Positions 36,552 through 46,562 of a stretch of DNA of 52,435 bases are shown one piece after another. The stretch lies in the IMG/VR virus record IMGVR_UViG_3300049846_000543, positions 1 to 52,435 of that record; one strand, written 5' to 3'. Under the pieces are notes generated by a model. The model searched no databases. It was given only the letters and a program-made list of their open reading frames with translations, and was not told the DNA's origin. Position numbers and translations under genes: made by a program. Numbering within the stretch: the stretch's first letter is position 1; the number at the start of each line of letters is the position of its first letter. Source of the stretch: a virus. Its lineage: Duplodnaviria > Caudoviricetes.

Positions 36552-36901
36552 TAGTCACCCACCGAAGTAGAAGGGTCCTTTACTTTGTTGTCATCATTTG
36601 TTTCTTCTTCTTTTTCTTGTACCACTTCTACTACTTCATTGTCATCAGCATACAAATCAAGATCCTCTAGTTGCTGCAATTGCTCTGACCGCTGTTTAAG
36701 GACGAAATCCTTAGGGCTACCAGTAAAGCTTGCAGGCATATTTGGATACTTGATTGTTCTGACAACACGTGCTTCTACTAACTGATCCCATTCTTCTTCG
36801 TCTATACCTAGTTTTTGAGCTGATACTTCTGCACCAGCTTTAACAGTAAGACGTTTCTTGTTACTAGAATAATGGATATCAGTCCAAGCGTAATAGGCCA
36901 T
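36551..36901 (-). CDS. hypothetical head-associated protein
   Basis: AGGAG RBS, follows MCP. Confidence 0.7.
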   Translation of the reverse strand: MAYYAWTDIHYSSNKKRLTVKAGAEVSAQKLGIDEEEWDQLVEARVVRTIKYPNMPASFTGSPKDFVLKQRSEQLQQLEDLDLYADDNEVVEVVQEKEEETNDDNKVKDPSTSVGD

Positions 36902-36919
36902 TTTAATACACTCCTGTTA

Positions 36920-37930
36920 TCACGTAGCTGCAACAGCGGTCTGGATAAGATATCCAGCGACGTTAGAAACGATCTTTAGATCGTATTCGTAAGTCACACG
37001 AATCATATCAGACCTTGTATCTTCATCACGCCAAGTATCCGTAGCACGGACCGAACCATCAGGCTGAGGATAGACAAACGTTTTAGCGAATGTCTTTGTC
37101 TTCTGACCAGGAGTAGGATCGACTAGACCGAGCCATACATCCTGTCCCCAGAATGACTGAATGTTCTCCGCTGCATCAATATTCTGTGCAGAGTTGTACT
37201 TGGAATCAACGATGAAGAACGACTCAGGTGCAGGAACGTTGATTAGTGTCTTCCAAGCTTCAGGCTCAGAGAGCGAGAAGTTTTTGAAACGATCTACAAC
37301 ACGTGGATGCTGTTCGATAATACCAAGAGCATCAATAGGGATAATCATGGTATTGGGCCATCGACCAGTGTTGTTGTAAATCTTGAAACAAGCAGTACGG
37401 ATATCAGATACAGGATTAGATGTCGAAGAAGTACCACCTGTATAATCTGACCACTTAGCTGCGCCAGCTAGTGCTGTAGTAAAACCAGCAGCATAGTTAG
37501 ATGTATTACGGAATGCAGTAGATACTTTCTGCTCATGCTCAAGAAGAAGTGAACCAGTAACATCTTCTGTTACATCGCGTTCAGGATCAATATCAAGATC
37601 TCCACCGAAAGTAGCATCTGCAAGTCCACCTAGAGAGGTGAGTTCACGTCTTTCTTCATCAGTAACACGACCCTTAAGAGCGTGTTGCTGAGTCGAGAAC
37701 GTATCTTCACTCCACTTACGTGGACCGATTTCGCGTGCCGATGTTCCCGGCTCACGCCTAGAACGATAAATCATCCAGTTTGAACGATCGAAAACACGAT
37801 AGCGACCGCTCTTAGTACGAACTGGTGTAAGTGGAGCTAACCGCTCACCGTATAGAGACTGATCCTGATAACCTACTGAGAATCCGGTAAGAATAGGATC
37901 AATATACAGTTTACTTGGATCATACGCCAT
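36920..37930 (-). CDS. major capsid protein
   Basis: IDPILTGFSVGY..AP..V..SG.Y..F, WSD...PVSDI, PNTMII; 336 aa after the decoration gene. Confidence 0.92.
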   Translation of the reverse strand: MAYDPSKLYIDPILTGFSVGYQDQSLYGERLAPLTPVRTKSGRYRVFDRSNWMIYRSRREPGTSAREIGPRKWSEDTFSTQQHALKGRVTDEERRELTSLGGLADATFGGDLDIDPERDVTEDVTGSLLLEHEQKVSTAFRNTSNYAAGFTTALAGAAKWSDYTGGTSSTSNPVSDIRTACFKIYNNTGRWPNTMIIPIDALGIIEQHPRVVDRFKNFSLSEPEAWKTLINVPAPESFFIVDSKYNSAQNIDAAENIQSFWGQDVWLGLVDPTPGQKTKTFAKTFVYPQPDGSVRATDTWRDEDTRSDMIRVTYEYDLKIVSNVAGYLIQTAVAAT

Positions 37931-37947
37931 TTATTATTTCACCTCCC

Positions 37948-38334
37948 TTATGGAATGAGTGGTAGACCAGGAGTAAGAAGAACTGGCACGTAATCGCCAG
38001 CAACACCAGTTGCAAGACAAATTCCTAGTGGACGAGCACCGGAGTTAGATGCGACAGCAAGACCTGCACCATCACTAACTACAATGTTACCGAAAGAAAC
38101 TCCACCTGTACCAACTTTAACAAGTGAGACTCCAGTAACTCGAACACTAGCACCCTTGCCCTGCAGAATTTCTGCAGAAGTAACTCCAAACTGCGAGATA
38201 CCAAGAACAACATCACCTTCAGCAGTTACAGGAGTAACTGCATCGGCGCTAGACATCTTAACAGCAGCAAACTTAGTAAGTGCCGCTGCTGCATCGAAGC
38301 CTAAACTTAGAATGTCGATTCCACCCTCAGCCAT
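37948..38334 (-). CDS. capsid cement/decoration protein (DUF2190-like)
   Basis: AAAAL.KF.AV, GI, G..V..D..G.AV, G.CL....AGD.VPVLL. Confidence 0.8.
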   Translation of the reverse strand: MAEGGIDILSLGFDAAAALTKFAAVKMSSADAVTPVTAEGDVVLGISQFGVTSAEILQGKGASVRVTGVSLVKVGTGGVSFGNIVVSDGAGLAVASNSGARPLGICLATGVAGDYVPVLLTPGLPLIP

Positions 38335-38924
38335 TAATTTTCACCTCTTTCACTGTTTGAGCGATACATCTTAACGAGATCTTCGTTCTCCTTCATCACC
38401 TGTGAAATAGCATCACCATAGGATAAACCCTTTTCTGCCATCCTCTCGTAAGCTAAATCACGTAGCTTCAGTGCTGCATCTTCACTAGAAGAAGCATTTG
38501 TGTTGCTCTCGCGAGAAGAACCAAGTTCACGATAATCTACAATTGCTGCACCATCCTTGAAATGATCTAGGAAAGATTCCAGATCCTCATGAGTCATAAG
38601 ACCATCTGCAATCTTAAGATGCAGAGATTCTACTTCACCAAGTACTAGAGCAGAGAATCCTGAACCATTACCAAACGACGTATACTTCTGCGAGAATAGA
38701 TGTGCAGAATCTGCACGATTCTTTGCACGAAGTTCTGCAATTTCTCGAGCTTGCTCAGGGAACATTGCAGCAAAATTGAGAGCCGCATCATTTTCATCAC
38801 CTGGATCTCCGTCATCATCATCGTCATCTCCCATAAGGGCGGTAACGACCTTATCCAGTTCTTCTGTTGATGCGTCCTCACTAAGACCTAGCTTCGCTAG
38901 AATCTCAGGAGTTAATTCAGCCAT
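38334..38924 (-). CDS. nested in-frame scaffold protein (lambda Nu3-like)
   Basis: GGAGG RBS before in-frame ATG MAELTPEILAKLGL. Confidence 0.7.
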   Translation of the reverse strand: MAELTPEILAKLGLSEDASTEELDKVVTALMGDDDDDDGDPGDENDAALNFAAMFPEQAREIAELRAKNRADSAHLFSQKYTSFGNGSGFSALVLGEVESLHLKIADGLMTHEDLESFLDHFKDGAAIVDYRELGSSRESNTNASSSEDAALKLRDLAYERMAEKGLSYGDAISQVMKENEDLVKMYRSNSERGEN

Positions 38925-39827
38925 TACTTTTCCTCCTACATTTGTTGGTACACTTATTCTTGATTGATCTTTAGTAGCAGATGATAATTCAGAAACTAGA
39001 CTATCTAGAGTTTTAACACCATCCACCATACCATGCTTCAAAGCTGTTTTAGATCTATAGACACGTCCTTGTCCGTAATTTTCCATTACATTTTCGGTAG
39101 TTGTATCGCGTCCTCTAGCTACACTCTCAACGAACATATCGTACATTTCGTGCATTGTTGAAAGCATATGTGCTTTAGCATCATCTCCTAGAGGCTCGTA
39201 AGGATTACCTTCTGCCTTGTACTTTCCTACCGAAAGAATAGTACGCTTTAATCCAGACTTCTCATCTTTAGCACTCTCATCAACATGAGTAGCAATTACT
39301 CCTATTGAACCTGTTACTCCAGAAGGAGTTGCCCATAACTTATCAGCCTGAGAGCTTAAGAAGTAAGCAGCTGAACCATTTACAGAATTTGAGATAGCAT
39401 GAATAGGTTTGATATTAGCTTGACGGGCTTCATAGATTACATCGGCAGTTTCTTTAACCATCTGGGCAGAACCACCGGGAGAATCTACATTAAGAATGAT
39501 ACTAGTAACCTTGTCACTATTCATTAACTGAGTAAAATCATTCTTAAACTTCTGAAGACTAGTAGCACCACTCATGCTAGTCATCATATTAGCTTTAGGG
39601 AAGATTGGACCCTGAAGTGGAAGAATTGCAAGGCTAGGCTTATCAGGTAATTCCAATTCTCCTGAGCTCATATTTGATGCTCTTAGAGCTTCTAGTTCTT
39701 CTGAGCTTAGTGAAATTCCTTCAATCTTACGATCTAAAATTGAAAGAATTAGCTCCATACCTTCTTTAGTAATATACCAGCATTGCTCGTATATACCTGA
39801 AAGGATTTGTTCATAACGCTCTGACAT
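38334..39827 (-). CDS. S49 head maturation protease with C-terminal scaffold
   Basis: LNVDSPGG, SAAYFL, GSIGV, GKYKAEGNPY, FVESVARGR. Confidence 0.92.
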   Translation of the reverse strand: MSERYEQILSGIYEQCWYITKEGMELILSILDRKIEGISLSSEELEALRASNMSSGELELPDKPSLAILPLQGPIFPKANMMTSMSGATSLQKFKNDFTQLMNSDKVTSIILNVDSPGGSAQMVKETADVIYEARQANIKPIHAISNSVNGSAAYFLSSQADKLWATPSGVTGSIGVIATHVDESAKDEKSGLKRTILSVGKYKAEGNPYEPLGDDAKAHMLSTMHEMYDMFVESVARGRDTTTENVMENYGQGRVYRSKTALKHGMVDGVKTLDSLVSELSSATKDQSRISVPTNVGGKVMAELTPEILAKLGLSEDASTEELDKVVTALMGDDDDDDGDPGDENDAALNFAAMFPEQAREIAELRAKNRADSAHLFSQKYTSFGNGSGFSALVLGEVESLHLKIADGLMTHEDLESFLDHFKDGAAIVDYRELGSSRESNTNASSSEDAALKLRDLAYERMAEKGLSYGDAISQVMKENEDLVKMYRSNSERGEN

Positions 39828-39964
39828 TACTCATCTTCCTCCTTTGCAATTGGAGGAGTCTCTCGGCGCCATCCATTTATCACATCCTTAGTCTTAGGTT
39901 GATAAATAGGAGTTGGACCTGTACCGGCATCGGATCTTTCGTATGCACGATTTTCTGCACTCAT
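39827..39964 (-). CDS. 45-aa hypothetical protein (not in ORF track)
   Basis: TAATG coupling at both ends between portal and protease. Confidence 0.55.
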   Translation of the reverse strand: MSAENRAYERSDAGTGPTPIYQPKTKDVINGWRRETPPIAKEEDE

Positions 39965-41343
39965 TATACAGCTCCACTACTAGGTGATTTACCAACGTTA
40001 CCAGCACCACCATTATTGCTGGTTGATAATTTTGTAGGTGTTACTTCCGGACGAGCTTCAGTCTTTGCAGGCATATCAGCAATCTGACGTAGATACTGTT
40101 CTGTGCTCATATCTGGAGTAATGCCTGCTGCATCCATTAAGTTCTTTATACCTGAAGACCACATCTGGAAATCTTTTACTTCCCCAATATTACGAACCTT
40201 CATCTGTGGGAATCTGTTTGTGGGGAAGTTGTAGGATACTAATCTAGGAATTGTGTACATATTCATGTATCCACAAATTCCATTAGCAATATTTCTCATT
40301 GCTTTCATAAACATGTCAAAGGCCGTTGCACCAGTAGCACGACCTCCGCCAGATGAGTCAATTCCCATGTTTATGAATTGCACTAGAATGTTTTTCATGA
40401 TTTGATTATCATGATGTAAAGCACTTTCTAGTGCATTTACTAAATTACCTTCAACTTTTGCGAAACCTACAGTAAGACTAGAAGGACGAACGATATATCC
40501 TTTTTCGTTCGTTCGTAAGTTTGCTGCTAGTTCTTCTGCTAGTTTCTTTTCAGCTTTGGTAGCACCAGGCATAACCTCAACTTCTGGTACTCCAATACCG
40601 TGACGTTCTTTTTGAATTGCATCAATAGTGTAGAGTTTATCTTTGTAATACCAAGGACGATAAGCTGGACGAAGAATTGACTCTCCTTCAATATCTCCAT
40701 CACCTTCAAAGGTGAATACTACACATTTATCTATAGGTATCTCAATTTGTTTAACTTTATTATCAGCACCTATAGCATTCTGCTTTAGAGATAAAGGTCC
40801 ACCATTATCATCAAAGTTAAATCCTGTAACAGAACGAGCAGGTCTTTCAGCTAATTTCTTAAGCATTGTATATTGTCGAAGATTAGCTGTGGGAGAAGTA
40901 GTCCTAGGTGACCACTCTCGTAATTCGTAAACTTCCTCTAAGACAGAGAAACCATTTTCTAAGAAACGACAAATAGCTTCAAGTGTCTTGTTCCAAGGAA
41001 GATGTCCACCAAAGAAAATGTTGTCAGAGACGAATTCTCCAACAACTTGATCATTGATATCCTGGCTATAAGCATCTACGTAGAATTCTGCACCAAGTAT
41101 AGATGCTTTGCCAGCGCGTAAAGAGGAGCGTACAGAGACATCCCCTCTAATCATCTTTTTGTAGGTTTGGAGCTCTTGATTCCTATTCGCTAATTCAGGT
41201 ACAGGGTCCTGAATCTTAGATAGCCTAGATGACCCTAATTCGTTATCTGAGCCACTAGGTACAGGAACGGCTCCTTGAGCGGAGTAGCTAGTTCCGGTAA
41301 TTTGCTTACGTGGTGTAGATTGTACTAAACGAGCACTAGCCAT
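39964..41343 (-). CDS. portal protein (Mu gp29/DUF935-like)
   Basis: GFSVLE, GESILRPAY..W..K, ERHGIGVP; follows TerL. Confidence 0.9.
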   Translation of the reverse strand: MASARLVQSTPRKQITGTSYSAQGAVPVPSGSDNELGSSRLSKIQDPVPELANRNQELQTYKKMIRGDVSVRSSLRAGKASILGAEFYVDAYSQDINDQVVGEFVSDNIFFGGHLPWNKTLEAICRFLENGFSVLEEVYELREWSPRTTSPTANLRQYTMLKKLAERPARSVTGFNFDDNGGPLSLKQNAIGADNKVKQIEIPIDKCVVFTFEGDGDIEGESILRPAYRPWYYKDKLYTIDAIQKERHGIGVPEVEVMPGATKAEKKLAEELAANLRTNEKGYIVRPSSLTVGFAKVEGNLVNALESALHHDNQIMKNILVQFINMGIDSSGGGRATGATAFDMFMKAMRNIANGICGYMNMYTIPRLVSYNFPTNRFPQMKVRNIGEVKDFQMWSSGIKNLMDAAGITPDMSTEQYLRQIADMPAKTEARPEVTPTKLSTSNNGGAGNVGKSPSSGAV

Positions 41344-42712
41344 ATGATATCGATTCTTCCGCTTTTATACCACTAGTATACGTGAAAAATGACTCTGCTT
41401 CGCTTCCCTGCATTGTACCACTGTATACGGAATCTAGTCCTATATTCCTCCCTAATACGAAATACTGACTAAAGAAGTAACGGATAGTATCAGGTCCGTG
41501 GTCATCATAATCATGCTGCCCTACTTTTTCGTTATGACCATCTTTTCCTTCCTTACGACGTAGCTGACTCATTTGTCGTATAAGATGCTTACAAGAAGGA
41601 TCTACGAAGAACTTAGGAGGACCTTCAAGAGGTTTAATCCATCTAGTTACAGCTTCTATTCCTTGTGACCAAGGAACACGATCTGCCCATATTTTACCAA
41701 GTAAATATTCTAAAGTTGCAATTTCATCTGCACCTGATGGATCTCCAAACATCATACTCACATGAAAACCTGGAGGATTTTCCCTATTTTTGATAATATT
41801 TGCATGTTGGAAAGTTGGAAGATAAGATACCTGATACTCTCTCCACACATAAACATTATCCATTGGATCTACCATTATATCATAACAACAGAATGGATCA
41901 ATGTAACCAAAGTCAAATGCCCAGAAATTTTTCCAGTCAGGATTATACTCGATTGAACGTACATGAGTTTCTTCTTTAAAGTCTGGATAGATTTGACCTT
42001 CGAACGAAGTGAAAGCTGCTGCATACTCTTGTTCCCAATACTGTTTTGAAACGTTTTGGCGGATACGTACAAGTTCTGGGTCGTCGTACCCACCTGGGTA
42101 CATTGCAGTATTTGTCCAAGTTGGGAATCTCCAAGATTGATAATCTGGAAAGTTAGGATCCATACCAAGATCGAATAATCCCTTGTACCAATTGAATCCT
42201 TGTGGAGTACTCGGGAAAATAGCAGAACCACGTTTGTCAGATAATGAAGGTTCAATAATCTGCTGCCAAGTACGCATACTATGCCTAGCAGCTTCTGACA
42301 TAATTACACCATCAAGAGCTTCACCTACTAGAGTATCAGGCTTTTCTGCTGACACGACTTCTATTGTGCTACCCCAAGAAGTAACGATACGCATCTGCCC
42401 TTGATTAACATTGTAAGTTTTCGTAGTACAACTGCTTAGAAGGCCTAACTTCTTTAAGTCATTCCAGACAACTCTAAATTCTTTTTCTCCAAGACGATAA
42501 GTAGGACCTACAATCCACCACATAGTATCTGGAATAAACAGATTATAGGTAAATTCATGTCCAGCCGCTTGTGATTTTCCGAAGCGTCTACCACAACAAG
42601 GCACTTTGAATCTAACAGTAGAATTATGAATTTCCCACTGTTCTGCACTATGTGGCTTGTAACCAAGCTTATAAAACAGAGTGGTTTTATTTATTAGTGC
42701 TTCACGCTTCAT
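41336..42712 (-). CDS. terL: terminase large subunit
   Basis: CGRRFGKS, VGPTY, LVGEALD..SEAA, STPQGFNW, AFDFG, DHGPD. Confidence 0.95.
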   Translation of the reverse strand: MKREALINKTTLFYKLGYKPHSAEQWEIHNSTVRFKVPCCGRRFGKSQAAGHEFTYNLFIPDTMWWIVGPTYRLGEKEFRVVWNDLKKLGLLSSCTTKTYNVNQGQMRIVTSWGSTIEVVSAEKPDTLVGEALDGVIMSEAARHSMRTWQQIIEPSLSDKRGSAIFPSTPQGFNWYKGLFDLGMDPNFPDYQSWRFPTWTNTAMYPGGYDDPELVRIRQNVSKQYWEQEYAAAFTSFEGQIYPDFKEETHVRSIEYNPDWKNFWAFDFGYIDPFCCYDIMVDPMDNVYVWREYQVSYLPTFQHANIIKNRENPPGFHVSMMFGDPSGADEIATLEYLLGKIWADRVPWSQGIEAVTRWIKPLEGPPKFFVDPSCKHLIRQMSQLRRKEGKDGHNEKVGQHDYDDHGPDTIRYFFSQYFVLGRNIGLDSVYSGTMQGSEAESFFTYTSGIKAEESISYG

Positions 42713-43014
42713 CAGTCATCTACTCTAATTCTAAACGGTCCTAATCTTACTTGTTGTGGAGATGCAACAAAGTGAATATACAGATTGTAATAACCTTCTT
42801 CAAGGTTAGTTGTATCAATTAAAGGTAGAGCGATCATAACATCATTAGCTGCTGAAGCGTTAGTTACAACTGCTGTCTCCGCTGCATCAGCTTTATATAA
42901 ATCGTATCTTAAGTCTGCACCAGTTAAAGTTATTAAAGCATTTAATACATCTGTAACCTTAATTGGTACATTCTCGACAGTACCTTTAGTTAATCTTACT
43001 TCTCCTGTTGCCAT
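42712..43014 (-). CDS. small beta-sandwich adaptor (paralogue of 28109-28417)
   Basis: LTKGTVENVPIKVTD...LTGA...GYYNLYIHF...VRLGPFRI. Confidence 0.75.
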   Translation of the reverse strand: MATGEVRLTKGTVENVPIKVTDVLNALITLTGADLRYDLYKADAAETAVVTNASAANDVMIALPLIDTTNLEEGYYNLYIHFVASPQQVRLGPFRIRVDD

Positions 43015-43016
43015 TG

Positions 43017-45803
43017 TTACTCCTTATGAGAACTAAAGGGATCTAACATTTTAGCTATAAATCTTCTTGTGTGACTCCCTTGATAAGCTGAATAGGATTG
43101 TGCTGTATAGTGTTTCAATACTTCTGCAGTCCATTCAGAGAATGCTATAGCATGTAACTTCGTACGACCAATGAAATTAAAGATATGAGTTGCAATACTA
43201 GCAACAGCATGTCCTGTAGCATTTAGTATTAAACCTGCTGCTGAATTAGTTGTAAGAACTGGATTTATACTTCCAGTAGTAATAATGAATTTACCAACCT
43301 GGCGAACTATACTTAATAGTGGTGTAGCTGTTGTTTGTAAAATCTTATTAACAGATTTTACTAAAGTAACAGTATTAGAACCTATAGCAAGTAGAGTTAC
43401 TGTACCCGGAATCACTGTTGTATTAAGAGAGGTTACATTAGAAGCTATTGCTTTTAGAATTCTAATAGGACTTCTAATTAAAATAGCTACTCCAGTACTA
43501 ACAGCTGAAAGAGTTACAACTTTAACTTTAACTGTAGTTAATGAAGCAATTCCTGTAATAGTTGTTATTAGTACTTTTGAAGGAACTACAATTTTAACAG
43601 CAACTCCTGTAGCAGTAGTAGATAGAATCTTGATAACTGATTTTACTAATGATGCTGTTCCAGTTCCTATAACTGTTAATGTCTTTAATGGAAATCTTAT
43701 TAGAGACGCAGTAGCAGGTCTAGATACTGAAAACACTTTCGAAGGAGAACGAACTAAAGTAGCTATTCCTGAACCTGATACAGTTAGAATTCTCGAGGGT
43801 GATCTAACAAAAGATGCTACAGACGTTCCTACCACATTTAATGTTCTTATTGGACTTCGTATTAATGAAGCTACATTACCTGCTGTGGCTGTAAGAGTCC
43901 TTGTAATTACCTTAAGAGTTGTTAATGTAGCTATTGATGTTGCAGTTGCTATTAGAGTCTTTGCAGGAATTTTTAATAAGTTAGATACTGATACACTAGT
44001 AGCCGAAAGCACTTTTATAGGAGAACGAACGAATGTTACTATTCCAGTACCTATAACTGATAGTATTTTGATAGGACTTCGAATTAAGAATGTTACATTT
44101 GTACCTGTAACTATTAAAGTTCTTATAGGTGACTTTATTAAAGTTACTATAGAGATTGCAACTACACTTAGAACTCTAGAAGGAACTTTAAGTAATTTTG
44201 GTACGGATGTAATAATTATAGAAAATATATTAGTAGGAGAACGTACAAATGATGCGACACTTGTTCCAGTAGTTATTAAAATCTTTATAGGACTTCGAAT
44301 CAGAAATACTGCATTAGTACTAGTAGCCGTTAAAGTTTTAACAATGACTTTTAAAGTAGTTAAAGTTGCTACTGAAGTAGCTGTAGTAGTAAGAATCTTT
44401 AATGGGGATCTTATTAAAGAAGCTGCACCAGTTCCAATAACAGATAAAATTCTAATAGGAGTTTTAATAAGTGTTGCTACTCCTGTACCTATAACGGAAT
44501 AGGTCCTTTGAGGAGTTTTAAGTAATTTTGGTACACTTGTTGCTATAACACTTAATGTTCTAGACGGTAATCTAACTAAAACTGGAATAGTAGTTGATAC
44601 TACTGTTAAAATCTTTTGTGGAGCCCTTGTTAATACAACAGTATTACTCGCTGTTGCAGCTAAAACTTTTATAGGATTTCTTACTAAGAAGGCTATACCT
44701 GTTCCTGTAACACTAAGTATTCTACTAGGAGATCGAATTAGAGATACAGAGTTTGTAGCTACAGCAGTTAAAGTTCTTACAATCACTTTTACAGCAGCTA
44801 AACTAGCTACTCCAGTACCAATAACACTCAAAATTTTATTTGGAGTTACTAATTTATTAGCAATTCCTGTAGCAGTAACAGATAAAACTTTTAGAACGTC
44901 TCTCTTTAATGTAGCTATTCCAGTACCTGTTGTACTCAATACTTTTATAGGAGATCGAATTAGAGTAGCAATAGAACTACCATGAGTAGCCGTCAGAATT
45001 CGTTGAGGCGATCTAATGAAAGATACCACTCCAACAACTACTACACTTAACACTCTAATAGGAGATCTAATTAAAGAAGCTACTCCAGTTCCTGTTACAC
45101 TTAAGATTCTTTGTGGATTCCTTATTAAGGTAGAAACACCAGTACCGGAGACTGAGAGTAATCTTTGTGGAGCTCTAATTAAGAATACTGAGTTAGTTGC
45201 TATAGCAGTAAGAGTTCTATTTATAACCTTACTTGTTATTAGCGTAGCTACTCCAGTACCGACTAAAGTAGTCATAGTACGAGAAAGACTTATTATCTTT
45301 GTAGCTGTTCCAGTACCCGTTGCACTAAGAGTCCTTATTGGATTAGTAATCTTAGTAGCTAATCCAGTTCCTGTACTTAATAGAACTTTTCCGGGTACCC
45401 TTATGAAGGACACCACACCACTACCAGTTGCTAATAGCACCTTTATAGGAGAACGGATTAATGTAGCAACAGAGGAACCGCTCGATGCAGATAGCACTCT
45501 TTGAGGAGTGCGAATAAGAGCAGCAATCTCTGTATTTGGAGTAACAGTAAGTATTCTAGAAGGTAATCTCAGAAAACTAGCTACAGCTGCACTAGGAGAA
45601 CTCCTAGTAAGAATTCTAGAAGGAGATCTAATTAGAAATAGAACAGCAGTACCAATTGAAAATAAAATTTTGATTGGACTACGAATTAAAGAAGCACTAC
45701 CTGATGCTACAGCAGATAATGTTTGTTGAACTAAATTACCTGTAGGAGTAGCTTGAGGTATTTTAGGAGTTGGATTCCTAAATATAGGTGCTTGAAAAGG
45801 CAT
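43017..45803 (-). CDS. 928-aa 18-aa tandem-repeat protein (putative fibre ruler/core)
   Basis: about 46 repeats, consensus ILSVTGTGVASLIRSPIK. Confidence 0.85.
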   Translation of the reverse strand: MPFQAPIFRNPTPKIPQATPTGNLVQQTLSAVASGSASLIRSPIKILFSIGTAVLFLIRSPSRILTRSSPSAAVASFLRLPSRILTVTPNTEIAALIRTPQRVLSASSGSSVATLIRSPIKVLLATGSGVVSFIRVPGKVLLSTGTGLATKITNPIRTLSATGTGTATKIISLSRTMTTLVGTGVATLITSKVINRTLTAIATNSVFLIRAPQRLLSVSGTGVSTLIRNPQRILSVTGTGVASLIRSPIRVLSVVVVGVVSFIRSPQRILTATHGSSIATLIRSPIKVLSTTGTGIATLKRDVLKVLSVTATGIANKLVTPNKILSVIGTGVASLAAVKVIVRTLTAVATNSVSLIRSPSRILSVTGTGIAFLVRNPIKVLAATASNTVVLTRAPQKILTVVSTTIPVLVRLPSRTLSVIATSVPKLLKTPQRTYSVIGTGVATLIKTPIRILSVIGTGAASLIRSPLKILTTTATSVATLTTLKVIVKTLTATSTNAVFLIRSPIKILITTGTSVASFVRSPTNIFSIIITSVPKLLKVPSRVLSVVAISIVTLIKSPIRTLIVTGTNVTFLIRSPIKILSVIGTGIVTFVRSPIKVLSATSVSVSNLLKIPAKTLIATATSIATLTTLKVITRTLTATAGNVASLIRSPIRTLNVVGTSVASFVRSPSRILTVSGSGIATLVRSPSKVFSVSRPATASLIRFPLKTLTVIGTGTASLVKSVIKILSTTATGVAVKIVVPSKVLITTITGIASLTTVKVKVVTLSAVSTGVAILIRSPIRILKAIASNVTSLNTTVIPGTVTLLAIGSNTVTLVKSVNKILQTTATPLLSIVRQVGKFIITTGSINPVLTTNSAAGLILNATGHAVASIATHIFNFIGRTKLHAIAFSEWTAEVLKHYTAQSYSAYQGSHTRRFIAKMLDPFSSHKE

Positions 45804-46549
45804 TAATTAAGAGAAGATAAAATGTATGACTCACAAGTTAGTGTATTTGAAGCACTAGAAGTACCCCAAGTAATGTTTATAGTAATACCACAACCAGCTG
45901 TACCTTGACCAGTTGTATCAATAGTAGCTGCTGTATTACCCATATAAGATATTTGAGCGTATTGGGAGTTAGTGACAGGAATGCCCATTACAACATACCC
46001 TTGACCTCTACCAGTACCTTGTGTAGCTCCCGGAGGAGCAGTTCTAACATCAAACCTAAATTCTCCATAGAAAGGTAAAGCTGAAACACCTGTAATAGTA
46101 GTTATAGTGGGAGAGGCTCCTAAACTTACATTAGTACCAGGAGTAGTAGAAATTCCCCATCTAGGAGTCCATATTATAGTTGGTGTACCAGTATTACCAT
46201 AAGTTCCACCAAATGTTACTTTATAAATTTTTCCTGCTTTAGCATCATTAGCTGCAATTGAACAAAATTGATTAATTAATGCTTGTGTAGAACCTACAAT
46301 ATTAGACTCTGAAATTGTAGTGTTAATAGCTGCAAAAGCAGCAGTATTTACATCATTAGTATCTAATGATGTAAAACCTTGTCTAGCCATCATATATAAA
46401 TTGGGATACTTCTTACCTAAAGCTAAATTTTTTCTTACAACTTCTGGAGCTTTGTTTTCAATAAGCCATCTACGATGAAAAGGACCTAAAGGCATTCCTG
46501 AAGCTATTTCACGTTCAATAACTTCTGAAACAGACATCAAACCCTGCAT
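45803..46549 (-). CDS. putative virion beta-sandwich protein
   Basis: Gly/Thr-rich; AGGAG RBS; TAATG-coupled to the repeat gene. Confidence 0.65.
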   Translation of the reverse strand: MQGLMSVSEVIEREIASGMPLGPFHRRWLIENKAPEVVRKNLALGKKYPNLYMMARQGFTSLDTNDVNTAAFAAINTTISESNIVGSTQALINQFCSIAANDAKAGKIYKVTFGGTYGNTGTPTIIWTPRWGISTTPGTNVSLGASPTITTITGVSALPFYGEFRFDVRTAPPGATQGTGRGQGYVVMGIPVTNSQYAQISYMGNTAATIDTTGQGTAGCGITINITWGTSSASNTLTCESYILSSLN

Positions 46550-46562
46550 AATCTGAACTCCT

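Noticed and set aside
43285-45729. Long + strand ORFs (405, 162 and 73 aa) antisense to the repeat gene
   Set aside because: Shadow ORFs caused by the repetitive, biased codons of the real minus-strand gene; no RBS or operon context
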